This document shows, piece by piece, positions 7,632-17,565 of a stretch of DNA of 64,000 bases. The notes beneath the pieces are model-generated. The model made no database searches. It was not told the DNA's origin and saw nothing but the letters and a program-made list of their open reading frames with translations. The position numbers and the translations under genes were made by a program. Positions within the stretch are counted from its first letter, which is position 1; each line of letters begins with the position of its first letter. Where the stretch lies: positions 248,001-312,000 of the IMG/VR virus record IMGVR_UViG_3300031576_000001. One strand, given 5' to 3'.

Positions 7632-10600
7632 TTGGCCAGGCTCGCGTCAAAAGCACTCGGGGGTTTTTACAAAACGCCCACCCACCTTGTCCCTCTCATC
7701 GCGGGCAAGATCGCCCTCCCTTCGCTGGACAGGACGGCCAGCTACAGCCTCATGGACCCTTGCGCTGGCAAGGGTGAGGCTGTCTCGCTACTCTGGTCCA
7801 CGCTGGTTGGTGGCAACACGGTGAGCGGACCCAAGGTCAGCTTGTACCTCTGTGAAATGGAGCGGGTACGCGCCGCAGAGGCTAAGCAAGCGGGCCAGTC
7901 CGTGGGAGCTAACTACCGCGCCAGCGTCTACCTCCACGGTGACGCTTTCAGGTCGAACTACACCCGGAGCGACAAAGAGGGAGTCTCTCTCCTCTACCTC
8001 AACCCTCCCTATGACACGGACCCCGTGATGGGTAGGCTAGAGGAGAGGTTCCTAGCCAGGTTCACGGGCGCGCTCTGTGTGGGCGGGGTGTTGGTCTTCC
8101 TGGTCCCCTTCTACGCGCTGGCGGCTTCCGCCCGGACCCTGGCCACGGAGTACCAAAACCTCTCGTGCTTCGCATTTCCTGAGAAAGACTTCGCGGTGTT
8201 CAAGCAAGTCGTTCTCTTCGCGGAAAAGCGCGAGGCTCCCCTCATGGCACCCGACGCGGGCACACTGGCTCAGGTTGAGTCGTGGTCTCGGGGGGAGTGC
8301 CTGGCTACGCTGGACGCTACCGGGGGCGCGGTTGTCACTGTTCCAGCGGCGGCGTCGTGGTATGGCGCGGCGTTCAAGTGGGAAATGCGTCCTGTGGACC
8401 TGTCTACAATCGCGGGCAAGGTCAAGGGTTGGTCCGCCATGGACCGCCGGGGCGTCATGGCACCCATTGCAGGCTACAACCCTCTCGGTGAGCCCTTGCT
8501 GGACCGCCATTACCCGGTAGCTGTACCCCCCAAGGCGGCTCACATTGCCACGGGGATTGCAGCGGGCGTCTTCAACGGCTGCAAGGTCACCCCTGACCGC
8601 AAAGAGGCGGTGCTACCTACCCTCCTCGTCAAGGGCGCCTTTGACCGGGAGTGGAAGAAGGTTGAGGAGAAGAAAGACAAGAACGGCAACGTCAAGGGGG
8701 TTATCGAGGTACAGCAGCCCCAGCTAAAGGTCACGGTCCTTGACCTCACGACCCACCAATTCGTCACCCTCAAGGCGGGCGAGGAGGGTTCTTGGGAGCA
8801 GGGTTTGCAGGGTATGACCACGGGTGACTTGCTCAGGGAATACGGCGGGGGGCTCATGGGTGCCTTGCTCAAGCAATGCCCCGTCATGCACGATCCTAGC
8901 CGGGAGGGTGACAACTTCACGCTGCCCACCATGGCGCGCGAGCTTTACCCTGCGCAAGCCAGCGCGGCGCGTGCTTGCGTTACCCTCCTCGGGGGGTTGG
9001 GCGTTCCTTACCGCGCTCGCAAGGGCAAGGCTGCTTTTCTCCTGGGGGAGGTGGGTTCAGGGAAATCTATTTGCGCGCTTACCACGATCAAGGCGATTGG
9101 CGCCAAGCGCCCCCTGATTCTCTGCCCGCCTCACTTGCTGGACTCGTGGAAAGAGCAAGTCAAGCTCTCTTGCCCTGATGTTACGGTGGCAGTACTCACG
9201 GACGTGGAGTCTGTTCAAGCGTGGGCTAAGGACACCACCCCCGGGATTGCGCTTCTGTCCAGGGAAACCGCCAAGCTCTCTCATGGGTACGAGGGTCTTA
9301 CCGGGACGTGCCCGGGTTGTGGGGCGGTCATCCCAACCTCTGCGGAAGATAACGTCAAGAAACGCTTGTGCTGCACGGCGCGCACCGTGAAACCCAGGGA
9401 AGCCGTCACCCATGAGGCACACAAGCTAGCGCTCATCCTGTCCAAGTACGTGCCAGAAAACGAGACAGTCAACCAGATCCTCGGCGGGCGCGTCTTGCAA
9501 CGCTACCTCCTGGGTAAGAAAGAGAAGCCCGCGGACAAAGCCGGTTTGCACCAAGAGGGGGGGCTGCTTAGCCTGTTCGTCTGGCTAGGCGCCAGGCTCG
9601 ACGACGCCAAATACCACCGTCCCTTTGCGCTGGTGGCTTCCTGGGTCAAGGACCGTGATGCGCTGGGTAAGGCTATCTTCTGGGCTTACCTGGAGAGCTA
9701 CGCTCGCGACAGCGGAAGCTACGGGCATGAGGCTGATCTGCGCGGTATCCTGCGGGGCTGCTTGGTTTTTGTTCCGGGCTACCAAGCGATTGCCTCTGAG
9801 CTAGCTACACACTGCCCCGAGTCGCGTGGGTACGGCGCTCTAATCTCGGTGTGGACGACTTGGCTTGAGGAGGTGGAGTCCCAAGAAAACGGAGAGGGCG
9901 ATACGGGATACAGGCGCTCGGAATGGCAGAAAACCAGCGAGGGCTGGGTCTACAACAAGATCCTGCTTGGCACGGCGGCTTGCCTGACCACCACGCTCGA
10001 AATCCTGGCTCAGGCTGGCAAGTGGTCAATCAAGGAAGGGTGCGGGGAGCGTCTGTACCAGGCGGCCGCCTCACCTAAGAGGTATCCTCTGGCTACCCTG
10101 ATCTCTCGTAAGTACCCTCGCGCGTTTGACTTTCTGATCTGTGATGAGGCGCACGAAAATAACTCGGAGGTGGCTGCCCAAGCCAAAGCGGCGCACCGTC
10201 TCATGGGTTTGGGCCACCCGACGCTGTGTCTCACGGGTAGTGTGATGAATGGTTACGCCCGTAGCCTCTTCGCTAACCTCTGGCAAGTCAACCCTTCCTT
10301 TCGTGCGGAGTTTGACCGGGACGAGGCTCAGGCGTTCGTTGACCGGTACGGCTACCGCAAGCGGCTTGTCGAGGATCGCGACAAAGACACCAAAGAGGTT
10401 GTGGAGTACGGCTCCATGTCCGACCGGGTTGAGTGCCGGGAGAAGATGCTGGGCGAGACCCCCGGTGTGCTCCCCCTCTTGGTGCTGAAGCACTTGCTTA
10501 GGTGCAGCGTGACGTTGCACAAGGCGGACCTCCAGGTGCATATACCCCCCTGCAAGGAAGAGCGAGTCATGGTCCAGCCCTCCCCGGAGCAAGCCAGCAA

Positions 10601-11438
10601 CCTCCTCTACTTGCAGGGTCGGCTGATTGACCAGATCAGGGCGGATATGTTCGACCCGGGGAGGGCTGGCAAGCTGTGGGGGCAGCTTAGCGAGCTTCCC
10701 TCCTACCTGGACCGCGCCACGCGGGACGTGGGTAAGAGCCCCGGGCGCCAGACCTACGACATAACCTACCCGGAGTCCATGGATTACGAGCTAGTGGCTA
10801 GCGTTGACGCGCTCCCCACGTCCACCGTGCTCCCCAAGGAAACCTGGCTCCTTGATACGGTCGAGAAAGAGCTAGCCGAAGGGCGTAACGTGATGGTCTT
10901 TGCCTGGCACGTTGACCTCTTGCCCCGGCTGCAACGGCTCTTGCAGGACAAGCTAGGCGAGGTTGTGCCTGTGCTCAACCCGGACAAGGTGACCACGGGC
11001 AAGCGCCAGGCGTGGATTGAGAAGGAAGTCACCAAGAAGAACCGCAGGGTGCTCATCGTCAACCCCGTTGCGGTTCAGACGGGTCTCAATAGCCTCACGC
11101 ATTTCTCGACCGTGGTTTGGTTTGAGAACCCCGCTTGTAACCCCGTCGTCTACCGCCAGGCTAACGGGCGGATCGACCGTATCGGTCAAACCAAGGCTAC
11201 CCGGGTTCTCTTCCCCGTGTACGACATGACCCTTTGCAGCGCTCTCCACAAGCTCTTGCTTCACAAGGTGGCGGTCTCGCTGGCTACGGACGGCTTGGAT
11301 AACGAGGCTACCCTGGCAGCGGCGGGTCTGGGCGAGTCTACGGGGCTCACGGGTCTCTCGGTCGGTAAGCAGCTTTATGACATCATCACCAACAAGGTCA
11401 GGCTGCGCGGGCAGGACGAGAAATACGACTTGTGCTAA
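7632..11438 (+). CDS. DNA methyltransferase-like (DUF6094-type) domain fused to an SNF2/SF2 helicase
   Basis: GFYKTP, MDPCAGKG (SAM motif I), LNPPY (amino-MTase motif IV), GEVGSGKS (Walker A), ICDEAH, LTGS, QTGLN, QANGRIDRIGQ. Confidence 0.85.
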   Translation: MARLASKALGGFYKTPTHLVPLIAGKIALPSLDRTASYSLMDPCAGKGEAVSLLWSTLVGGNTVSGPKVSLYLCEMERVRAAEAKQAGQSVGANYRASVYLHGDAFRSNYTRSDKEGVSLLYLNPPYDTDPVMGRLEERFLARFTGALCVGGVLVFLVPFYALAASARTLATEYQNLSCFAFPEKDFAVFKQVVLFAEKREAPLMAPDAGTLAQVESWSRGECLATLDATGGAVVTVPAAASWYGAAFKWEMRPVDLSTIAGKVKGWSAMDRRGVMAPIAGYNPLGEPLLDRHYPVAVPPKAAHIATGIAAGVFNGCKVTPDRKEAVLPTLLVKGAFDREWKKVEEKKDKNGNVKGVIEVQQPQLKVTVLDLTTHQFVTLKAGEEGSWEQGLQGMTTGDLLREYGGGLMGALLKQCPVMHDPSREGDNFTLPTMARELYPAQASAARACVTLLGGLGVPYRARKGKAAFLLGEVGSGKSICALTTIKAIGAKRPLILCPPHLLDSWKEQVKLSCPDVTVAVLTDVESVQAWAKDTTPGIALLSRETAKLSHGYEGLTGTCPGCGAVIPTSAEDNVKKRLCCTARTVKPREAVTHEAHKLALILSKYVPENETVNQILGGRVLQRYLLGKKEKPADKAGLHQEGGLLSLFVWLGARLDDAKYHRPFALVASWVKDRDALGKAIFWAYLESYARDSGSYGHEADLRGILRGCLVFVPGYQAIASELATHCPESRGYGALISVWTTWLEEVESQENGEGDTGYRRSEWQKTSEGWVYNKILLGTAACLTTTLEILAQAGKWSIKEGCGERLYQAAASPKRYPLATLISRKYPRAFDFLICDEAHENNSEVAAQAKAAHRLMGLGHPTLCLTGSVMNGYARSLFANLWQVNPSFRAEFDRDEAQAFVDRYGYRKRLVEDRDKDTKEVVEYGSMSDRVECREKMLGETPGVLPLLVLKHLLRCSVTLHKADLQVHIPPCKEERVMVQPSPEQASNLLYLQGRLIDQIRADMFDPGRAGKLWGQLSELPSYLDRATRDVGKSPGRQTYDITYPESMDYELVASVDALPTSTVLPKETWLLDTVEKELAEGRNVMVFAWHVDLLPRLQRLLQDKLGEVVPVLNPDKVTTGKRQAWIEKEVTKKNRRVLIVNPVAVQTGLNSLTHFSTVVWFENPACNPVVYRQANGRIDRIGQTKATRVLFPVYDMTLCSALHKLLLHKVAVSLATDGLDNEATLAAAGLGESTGLTGLSVGKQLYDIITNKVRLRGQDEKYDLC

Positions 11439-11477
11439 GAGGGAGGGGCGGCAATCAATACCCAAGGCACAAGCACC

Positions 11478-11795
11478 ATGATAAAAACCGGTAGCCCCCT
11501 CTTCAACGCTGTAACTCAAAGGCTCTCCCCCGAGGTTTGGGCTCGCAAGGTCGCCTGGCTCACTCAGGAAGAGATCACAGAGAGAGGACGCCTGGAGGGC
11601 GAAAGTTTGCTCGCCGCGGGGCGCCTCTTGCAAAGGGAAGAACGCCCCCTGGGCGAGTCCTCTTGGCACTTGAGCGGTACGCCCACCAACGTCACGGACC
11701 TTTGTGAGCGATTGGTTCAGTGGACCTGTCAACCCCTCCCCAGTTTGCGTACAGAATACGCTGTCAAGTCTGCCAGCGCCGAGGACTTGACGTTA
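11478..11795 (+). CDS. Hypothetical protein; ends at TTA 11793-11795
   Basis: TTA end removes the overlap with the convergent gene. Confidence 0.55.
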
Positions 11796-11836
11796 GCTCG
11801 TGCTGAGAAGCTGGTTCCCTCTCCCCTCTCAGGGGG

Positions 11837-13042
11837 TAACCAGCTTGCGCGGGCCTTGACCTGAGCATCTAGCCCACTGTCCGCGATGAACTTCAAACAA
11901 GCAAGGTGCGCGGCATGGTCTGCCCAGTCGCTTGACTGTGGACCGATGGGGTAGGAGGGTTGCCAGTGCATCCTTAGCCGGTGCAAGCTCTCCGTGAAAG
12001 CAGCGAACTCTCCCATGACCCGGATGTGACGCTTCTTGAACCTGCCCTTGTCATGTAGAAGCGAGAGGTGCTTCCCCACGCCCACCTGAAACGGCAGCGT
12101 GCGGACAAGGATCTCGCCTACCGCTGTGTTGCCCGACGTGTAGCTGAAGATGTCAAAGAAATCCAAAGGCTGGGGGCGCTCTTTGAGCATCTTGAAGTGC
12201 TGCTCGACCTCGGCGGCGTAGGTTTGGGCTTGCTCGTCCCAGTCTTTCAGGTGCGAGAGGTTCACCATGATACGCCACACGTCCTCACGGATCATGGCAG
12301 ACTGAACCTGTAGCTTGCGTGACTTCCCTACGGGCGGTGTCGCGGCAGTGTCCTCTACGGTCGAGAAGACGCGCAGAACAGGGTGACCGTGGTTCTCTGC
12401 TTCGCCCGTGATGACACAGGGGTACCGCAGAGAGACCACCGGGGCGACACAAGCCAACTGTCGAGCAACCTCAGCTTGGTCATAAGAGACCCACCGGACC
12501 CGGCACTCGTTGGCGCCCGCGCGAGTCACGGCAAAGCCTGCCGCCTCACCCCCATTGTAAAGGGGGTACGTAGAGAGGAGTTTTTCGAGGCGGCGCCTTG
12601 TGACGACGCCGGGGGGGAGCTTATCTTTAGCGCCGGTAAGCTCCTGGGTGCGCTGGGCTAGCCTCTTGGCGGCACGCTCAAAGCCAGCGTCATGGACCCT
12701 TACGCGCCCTTCCCAGAGGGTTTCCATGAACTGCTCAAAGGTCCAGGTCTTCTTGGCGGGGGGGTCGTGGTACTTGTTTGGACCCCACCCCCTCTCAACC
12801 AGATCCAGCTTGAAGCCTTCAAGCCAGGTCTCGCAGACAATGGCATCCCCGGGGTGAATGTCCTCGATCCTCCCGTAACCGTTGTACTTTGCCTGGATAG
12901 GGGGGGTGCGAGGGAACCACAGCCCGTTAGCCTCACGGGGGCGTGCCCTGTAGGGGTTCTGGGTGAGAAGCAACACCATCACAGGGTCGCCTCCGTGGAT
13001 GGGGAGCCCGCTGGCGGCGCACGGCATGGAGAAAGATCCCAT
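11837..13042 (-). CDS. Hypothetical phage protein; ends at TTA 11839-11837
   Basis: Starts MGSFSMPCAASGLPI..GD, has YNGYG motif; GGTGTA 11 nt upstream. Confidence 0.7.
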
Positions 13043-13068
13043 GGACGCAACAGTACACCAAGATTCTC

Positions 13069-13094
13069 GTGAACTCCAGAACCAGCACAACGTA
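13069..13094 (+). promoter_or_regulatory. ECF-sigma-like promoter
   Basis: GTGAAC-N16-CGTA-AGAGGGGTT-ATG. Confidence 0.7.
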
Positions 13095-13103
13095 AGAGGG
13101 GTT

Positions 13104-13313
13104 ATGAACACCACGATCTACGTTACGCACTACCACAAGGAGTGCAGGGTGACTCGCAACAAGTGGTCCATCGACCCATACCGCTGGGTCGATGGACCAC
13201 TTTGACCCCTACCAGACCGGGGGCACTTCGTGTTCACCCGCACGGCGGACGGGCGCCTGTGGTGCATGGTCACGGACAAGGAAACCCGGGACGCCGTGCT
13301 GGCGACCCGCTGA
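13104..13313 (+). pseudogene. Frameshifted paralog of 13393..13605
   Basis: TRNKWSID / FVFTRTADGRLW (two frames) versus TQTKWSTD / FTFTCTADGTVW. Confidence 0.55.
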
Positions 13314-13318
13314 GAGGG

Positions 13319-13353
13319 TTCCCTAGCCAGGGGGGCACACGCTGGCTAGGGAA
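13319..13353 (+). terminator. Stem-loop, likely terminator
   Basis: TTCCCTAGCCAG...CTGGCTAGGGAA perfect 12 bp stem between two cassettes. Confidence 0.6.
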
Positions 13354-13357
13354 AGTC

Positions 13358-13383
13358 GTGAATCCTGAGAGAGCCTCAGCGTA
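13358..13383 (+). promoter_or_regulatory. ECF-sigma-like promoter
   Basis: GTGAAT-N16-CGTA-AGAGAGGTT-ATG. Confidence 0.7.
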
Positions 13384-13392
13384 AGAGAGGTT

Positions 13393-13605
13393 ATGAAACC
13401 CATCGAAACCACCTACGCCGGCAAGAAGTACCTCATCACCCAGACCAAGTGGTCTACGGACATTATGGTCTGGGTGGAGTCTGAGGTGAACCCCTACGCC
13501 TCGGGGGGCTCTTTCACGTTCACCTGTACCGCGGACGGTACGGTGTGGGTCAAGGTCTCCGACCCGGCGCTGTACGAAAAGGTCATGGCCCGCGCCGGCT
13601 TCTGA
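13393..13605 (+). CDS. Small hypothetical (probably early) protein
   Basis: 70 aa ORF after the promoter motif. Confidence 0.65.
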   Translation: MKPIETTYAGKKYLITQTKWSTDIMVWVESEVNPYASGGSFTFTCTADGTVWVKVSDPALYEKVMARAGF

Positions 13606-13610
13606 CGGAC

Positions 13611-14345
13611 TAAGACCGGCTGACGGAGAACACGGAGCACGCCTTGGTGTGAGATGAGCTTGGCTAGCTTAGGGTCTCTCAGCACGTCGTGAAGGTGCGT
13701 AGCCACGCCGTTGACCTCGCACCACAGGGAGACGAGGATTACGGTCTGACTGTAATCTGTATGCTTGCGCCCGTGGCGGAAGCCTCTTCCTTGGATGAGC
13801 CGTAGGTACTGCTTGGTTTTCGGGTCTTTGACCAGGGAGGCAATCGCCTCACCCTTCATTCCGAGGTAGCTCAGCCCCTCAAAGTGCCAGCCGTAGTTTA
13901 CAGCGTCCTCCGCAGAGCCTACTTTTAGCTCGTTGTCGATGAGCCAGTGCTTGCCCACGGTAGACACGATAGTGCCCAGAGGGAGGTCAGCGGGCAGCAA
14001 GGCGTCAATCTTGCGACTGTGCTCGATCATGGCCTCCGTGGACGAGGTTATGGCTCTGTTTCTGGGGGGGAGAGTGTAGCCCCGGTTGAGCCAGATAAGG
14101 TCTGCCAGCTTGGCGGTAAGCAGGGAGCACTCTAGCGCGTCGGCTATCCTCTGTTGCAGAGAGGCGCTGGCGTTGACCCGCACCCCGTTGACTTTCAGGG
14201 CGTCAGCGTAGACCCACACGGTAAGCTCGGTCCCTGTGTCCTTGTCTTGCACGTAGAGGGGGGCTAGGGTGGCTTCATACCTCCCGGCTCGTACCTCAGC
14301 CAGGATGTAATCCTCTCGTGCTTGCAGTGTACTTGGAAAACCCAT
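13611..14345 (-). CDS. Conserved-looking hypothetical protein; ends at TTA 13613-13611
   Basis: GKHW, NYGWH and HTDYSQ motifs; TTA end abuts the convergent gene instead of overlapping it. Confidence 0.65.
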
Positions 14346-14817
14346 GAGCCCAACAGAGTCAGTCATAAAGCACCCTACCAATAGGCAGGCAAAAGAGCTT
14401 CTTAGCGGGGCTACCGTCACCACGGTCAGCGGCACGAACCCCCTCACCTTGACGCTATCGAGGGGAGGTCTGAGTTACAGTGTCACGGTAGGCAACCTGA
14501 CCAACCTGAGCAAGCTGAAGAGTACGCCGGACCCAGAGAGGGTTTTTTATGCCTCTCTGGGCTTCTTGTTGACCAGTAGCAGCCTACACGCGGTTCTGAC
14601 CGAGCCTGAGAGCGTGTTGGTCTTCGTGGTGTCTGCGACGCACTTTGGGTGGAAAGACAAGGCCAGCGGGCGAGCCTGGCTTATCAAGGCAGAAAGGTGT
14701 GGTCAGTGGTGGAAGCTGACCAGAACAGCCCCGGGGCGCAAGGTACTAAAGCAGGCGCTACGCCAGGGGGAGGGGTGGGAAGCCTTCTTGAAGGCGCACC
14801 AGCCTGAAAAGGTGTAA
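14344..14817 (+). CDS. Hypothetical protein
   Basis: ORF; start uncertain. Confidence 0.45.
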   Translation: MSPTESVIKHPTNRQAKELLSGATVTTVSGTNPLTLTLSRGGLSYSVTVGNLTNLSKLKSTPDPERVFYASLGFLLTSSSLHAVLTEPESVLVFVVSATHFGWKDKASGRAWLIKAERCGQWWKLTRTAPGRKVLKQALRQGEGWEAFLKAHQPEKV

Positions 14818-15367
14818 GCTCTCTTGGTGACACCAACTGAGCCCAATGTACTGACGAAGGAGCGCACGCTAACGCTGGGCAGGGACGTGACCACAGAGAG
14901 CACGTTCGAGATTGTTAGCGAAGAGGCACCCCTAGTGGGGGAGACGTACAAGGTGTTTGGTGACACTGTAATTGTCACCCACGTAGCAAAGGGCCCACCA
15001 GCGCTCAGGAACCCGCCCCCCTCCTTTCCCTGTGTGGCTTGTCCGTCTACGGGCACCCTACCGCGGGCTCCTGTTGACAGGGGCAGTGTTGGAAAAGATC
15101 CCGCCGAAGAGGTACGAGCACCTGGCAAGGGTTCTCTGTCAAAAGGGCAGCAAGCCCGCCGAAGAGCCTGACGTGGGTTCATGGTGGACCACGCCAGACA
15201 CAAAGACCGCGGAGGGGTGTACCGTTACCTCCCTGGTGCTCACCCTTGTCAAGGTGTTTCCTCGCGAGGGGGGCAAGGATTACTGGGAAGTCATCGTCAG
15301 TAGTTCCTCCGCAGTACCGCCCCCGCGAGCGGGTTTCCTTGTCTCCCTGGCTCAGGGCTGAAACCCT

Positions 15368-15928
15368 ATGGCTCTACTTTCCGTTGTGCTCCCCCCTGAC
15401 GTTGCCAGGCTCCTTTCCACCCTAGACGTGCCCGGGGAACGTGCCTCGGATCATCACGTAACCTTGGTGTATCCGGGTAAGACATTGCCATTTGAGGCGA
15501 GCCTGGCTTACATAGGGGCAACCAACAAGGCGCTCTCCGGGCTGAAACCCTTCACGGTCACGGTGAACGCTGTAGGTACTTTTGCGGCCAAGGACGGCAA
15601 GGTGCCAGTGGTCGCCAAGGTCGAGGGCGAGGCTTTGCATGACCTGAGAGAGCGCCTGGTCAAGGCGCTAGACGAGGCTAGTGTGGAGTATGACACCACC
15701 TACAAGGACTATAGGCCCCACGTCACCCTGGCGTTTGCTGAGGCAAAGGACGTAGGATTCATGCAGACCCTACCCTCTCCGGTGACGTGGGGTGTATCCG
15801 AGGTAGCTTTCTGGGGAGGCAGTGAGGGCGCCAGCGGTATCCAGGTGACGTTTCCCTTGCTCTTGGCGAAGAGGGTGGCGTCTAACTACCTGCGCAGAGG
15901 GGCAAGGTATCCAGTACAACGCGGCTAG
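15368..15928 (+). CDS. 2H phosphoesterase (LigT/Acb1-like)
   Basis: Two HxT motifs: HHVTLVY and PHVTLAF. Confidence 0.85.
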   Translation: MALLSVVLPPDVARLLSTLDVPGERASDHHVTLVYPGKTLPFEASLAYIGATNKALSGLKPFTVTVNAVGTFAAKDGKVPVVAKVEGEALHDLRERLVKALDEASVEYDTTYKDYRPHVTLAFAEAKDVGFMQTLPSPVTWGVSEVAFWGGSEGASGIQVTFPLLLAKRVASNYLRRGARYPVQRG

Positions 15929-16436
15929 GGGGGTTGCGCTTCTTGCTGAACGCTGCAGGGTCCACGGTCAGCGCACGCTTGCGAGATACCCTGTAGACCC
16001 CGGACTCGTCTGGCACGTTTATCCAGCCGTGCTCCAAGGCAAACGCTACGGCAGCGTCAAAACTCTCTCGGGTGTAATCGTTTCCACGGACCTTGTTCCA
16101 CCACGCCTCACGGGGAAGAGGCAGGTAGATGAACAGGTCAGAGACGTACTGCGACCATTCTTCACATTTCGGAGCTACCGCCTGCCAAGTCACCTCTTCG
16201 CTGAGCAAGGGTACCCACCCAATCTCCTTGCCTGCCGTGCCTACCAGCCTCATGTTTTCGAGCCAAGCCACGGTCTGACGGAAACCGTCATCGGTCAGGT
16301 GTGTCTGCCTCTGCGCTAGCGCCCACCATGGCTTGTACAGAAGAGGCACCATCGACTCCCGTAGAATGTCCAGCACGGGGAGTGCCTTGATAAGCCAGAA
16401 CGGTGAGCCATCGGGGGGGTGCCTAGAGACTTCCAT
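15882..16436 (-). CDS. Hypothetical protein
   Basis: GAGG RBS; 184 aa. Confidence 0.55.
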   Translation of the reverse strand: MEVSRHPPDGSPFWLIKALPVLDILRESMVPLLYKPWWALAQRQTHLTDDGFRQTVAWLENMRLVGTAGKEIGWVPLLSEEVTWQAVAPKCEEWSQYVSDLFIYLPLPREAWWNKVRGNDYTRESFDAAVAFALEHGWINVPDESGVYRVSRKRALTVDPAAFSKKRNPPSRVVLDTLPLCAGS

Positions 16437-16863
16437 GCCTCTCTTGGTACACCACCGAAGCCAGGGGAGAGGCTAAGTTGTAGTTCTTGGACTTGGAGTC
16501 GCTCTTGGGGGTCACCGTGACCCCCATCTTTTGGTGGTACGCCAGCGCCACGTCCGTAAAGTCGCGTTGGTTGTCTGGGTCTTGGTAACCCAAGAAACCA
16601 TCAAGGAAGTCTGCCGGTACCAGGGAGTCCTCAAAGGGGATCATCCCTACCAGGCTCTCTTGCCAGCCTGCCTTACTGCCCAGGTAGACCTCAATATGCG
16701 CCCAGAGGGCGACAGGGTAGTTGGCGATCCCTAGCTCCCCCTCGACCACGGCGGTGAGAACGGCAGACCACCCTCTTGGCGCTGGCACCGTGGTTATCGT
16801 GCGTACCTCCCCCAGGCTTACCTTCGGTGCCTTCGGGGGCTTGTCCTTCTTCTTTTTACCCAT
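16423..16863 (-). CDS. Hypothetical protein
   Basis: ATG overlaps the TTA of the upstream gene (TTATG). Confidence 0.6.
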   Translation of the reverse strand: MGKKKKDKPPKAPKVSLGEVRTITTVPAPRGWSAVLTAVVEGELGIANYPVALWAHIEVYLGSKAGWQESLVGMIPFEDSLVPADFLDGFLGYQDPDNQRDFTDVALAYHQKMGVTVTPKSDSKSKNYNLASPLASVVYQERHGSL

Positions 16864-17231
16864 AACGCCAGCTTTCCGCCGTGCTTGAAAGCTCTCTTGC
16901 GGTTGACCTCGTGCTTGAGCCGGACAGCCCTGTCCATATCCACCCCGAGGGTCTTGGCCGTGTCCAGCGTGCGAATGAGAATATCCGCTAGCTCCTCCTC
17001 GGCGTTGGTTAGCTCAGGGTTCTTGTCGCAAGGCTCGTACAGCTTGCCCTTGCGCACTACTTCCCAAAGCTCCGAGACCTCGCCGGTCAGGTTGGTCAGG
17101 AAAATGGCCATCCTTTCCACAGAAGGCTTCGTCTGCAAAGCACTCTCGTGGTGAAACCCGTGCTCAAGGGCATTCTGAAACACCACGTCCGCTACAGCGT
17201 TGAAATTCGTCGGGGGTAGGGGCTCACTCAT
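16863..17231 (-). CDS. MazG-like nucleotide pyrophosphohydrolase; ends at TTA 16865-16863
   Basis: GEVSELWE, EEELADILIR and K..VNRKR..KHGGK motifs. Confidence 0.8.
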
Positions 17232-17289
17232 GGCTACGCCTAGCTTACCCCTGCTAGACTTCTTTTGCCAGCGACAAGGGGCAGCACCC

Positions 17290-17565
17290 ATGACTTCACC
17301 CCCTCAAGGTAACGGCAACGGTAAGCACCCCCCAGTAGACACGGCACCCGATAGCCTACCCTCCCCTACTCCTTGGGGTGGCGACGTGGGGCTCATCCAG
17401 GCACACATCGAACGCCTGACCACCCGCGTAGAGGTCAATATTCACATGACCCAAAAGCTCGACCGAGACTTTGCCCACGCGGTAACCGAGCTAAGAGGCG
17501 ACATTGCAGGGATGCAAGTCAAGCTGGCTAAGATTCTTGCAATACTGGAAGCTGGGGCACCGTAA
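17290..17565 (+). CDS. Hypothetical coiled-coil protein
   Basis: ORF with AAGGGG upstream. Confidence 0.5.
   Translation: MTSPPQGNGNGKHPPVDTAPDSLPSPTPWGGDVGLIQAHIERLTTRVEVNIHMTQKLDRDFAHAVTELRGDIAGMQVKLAKILAILEAGAP

Noticed and set aside
14824-15361. Programmed frameshift between 14824..15171 and 15032..15361
   Set aside because: May be one frameshifted gene, but no recognisable slippery site or homology supports programming
17368-17378. Self-target of spacer 2 (ACTCCTTGGGG)
   Set aside because: An 11-nt match is expected by chance in a window of this size
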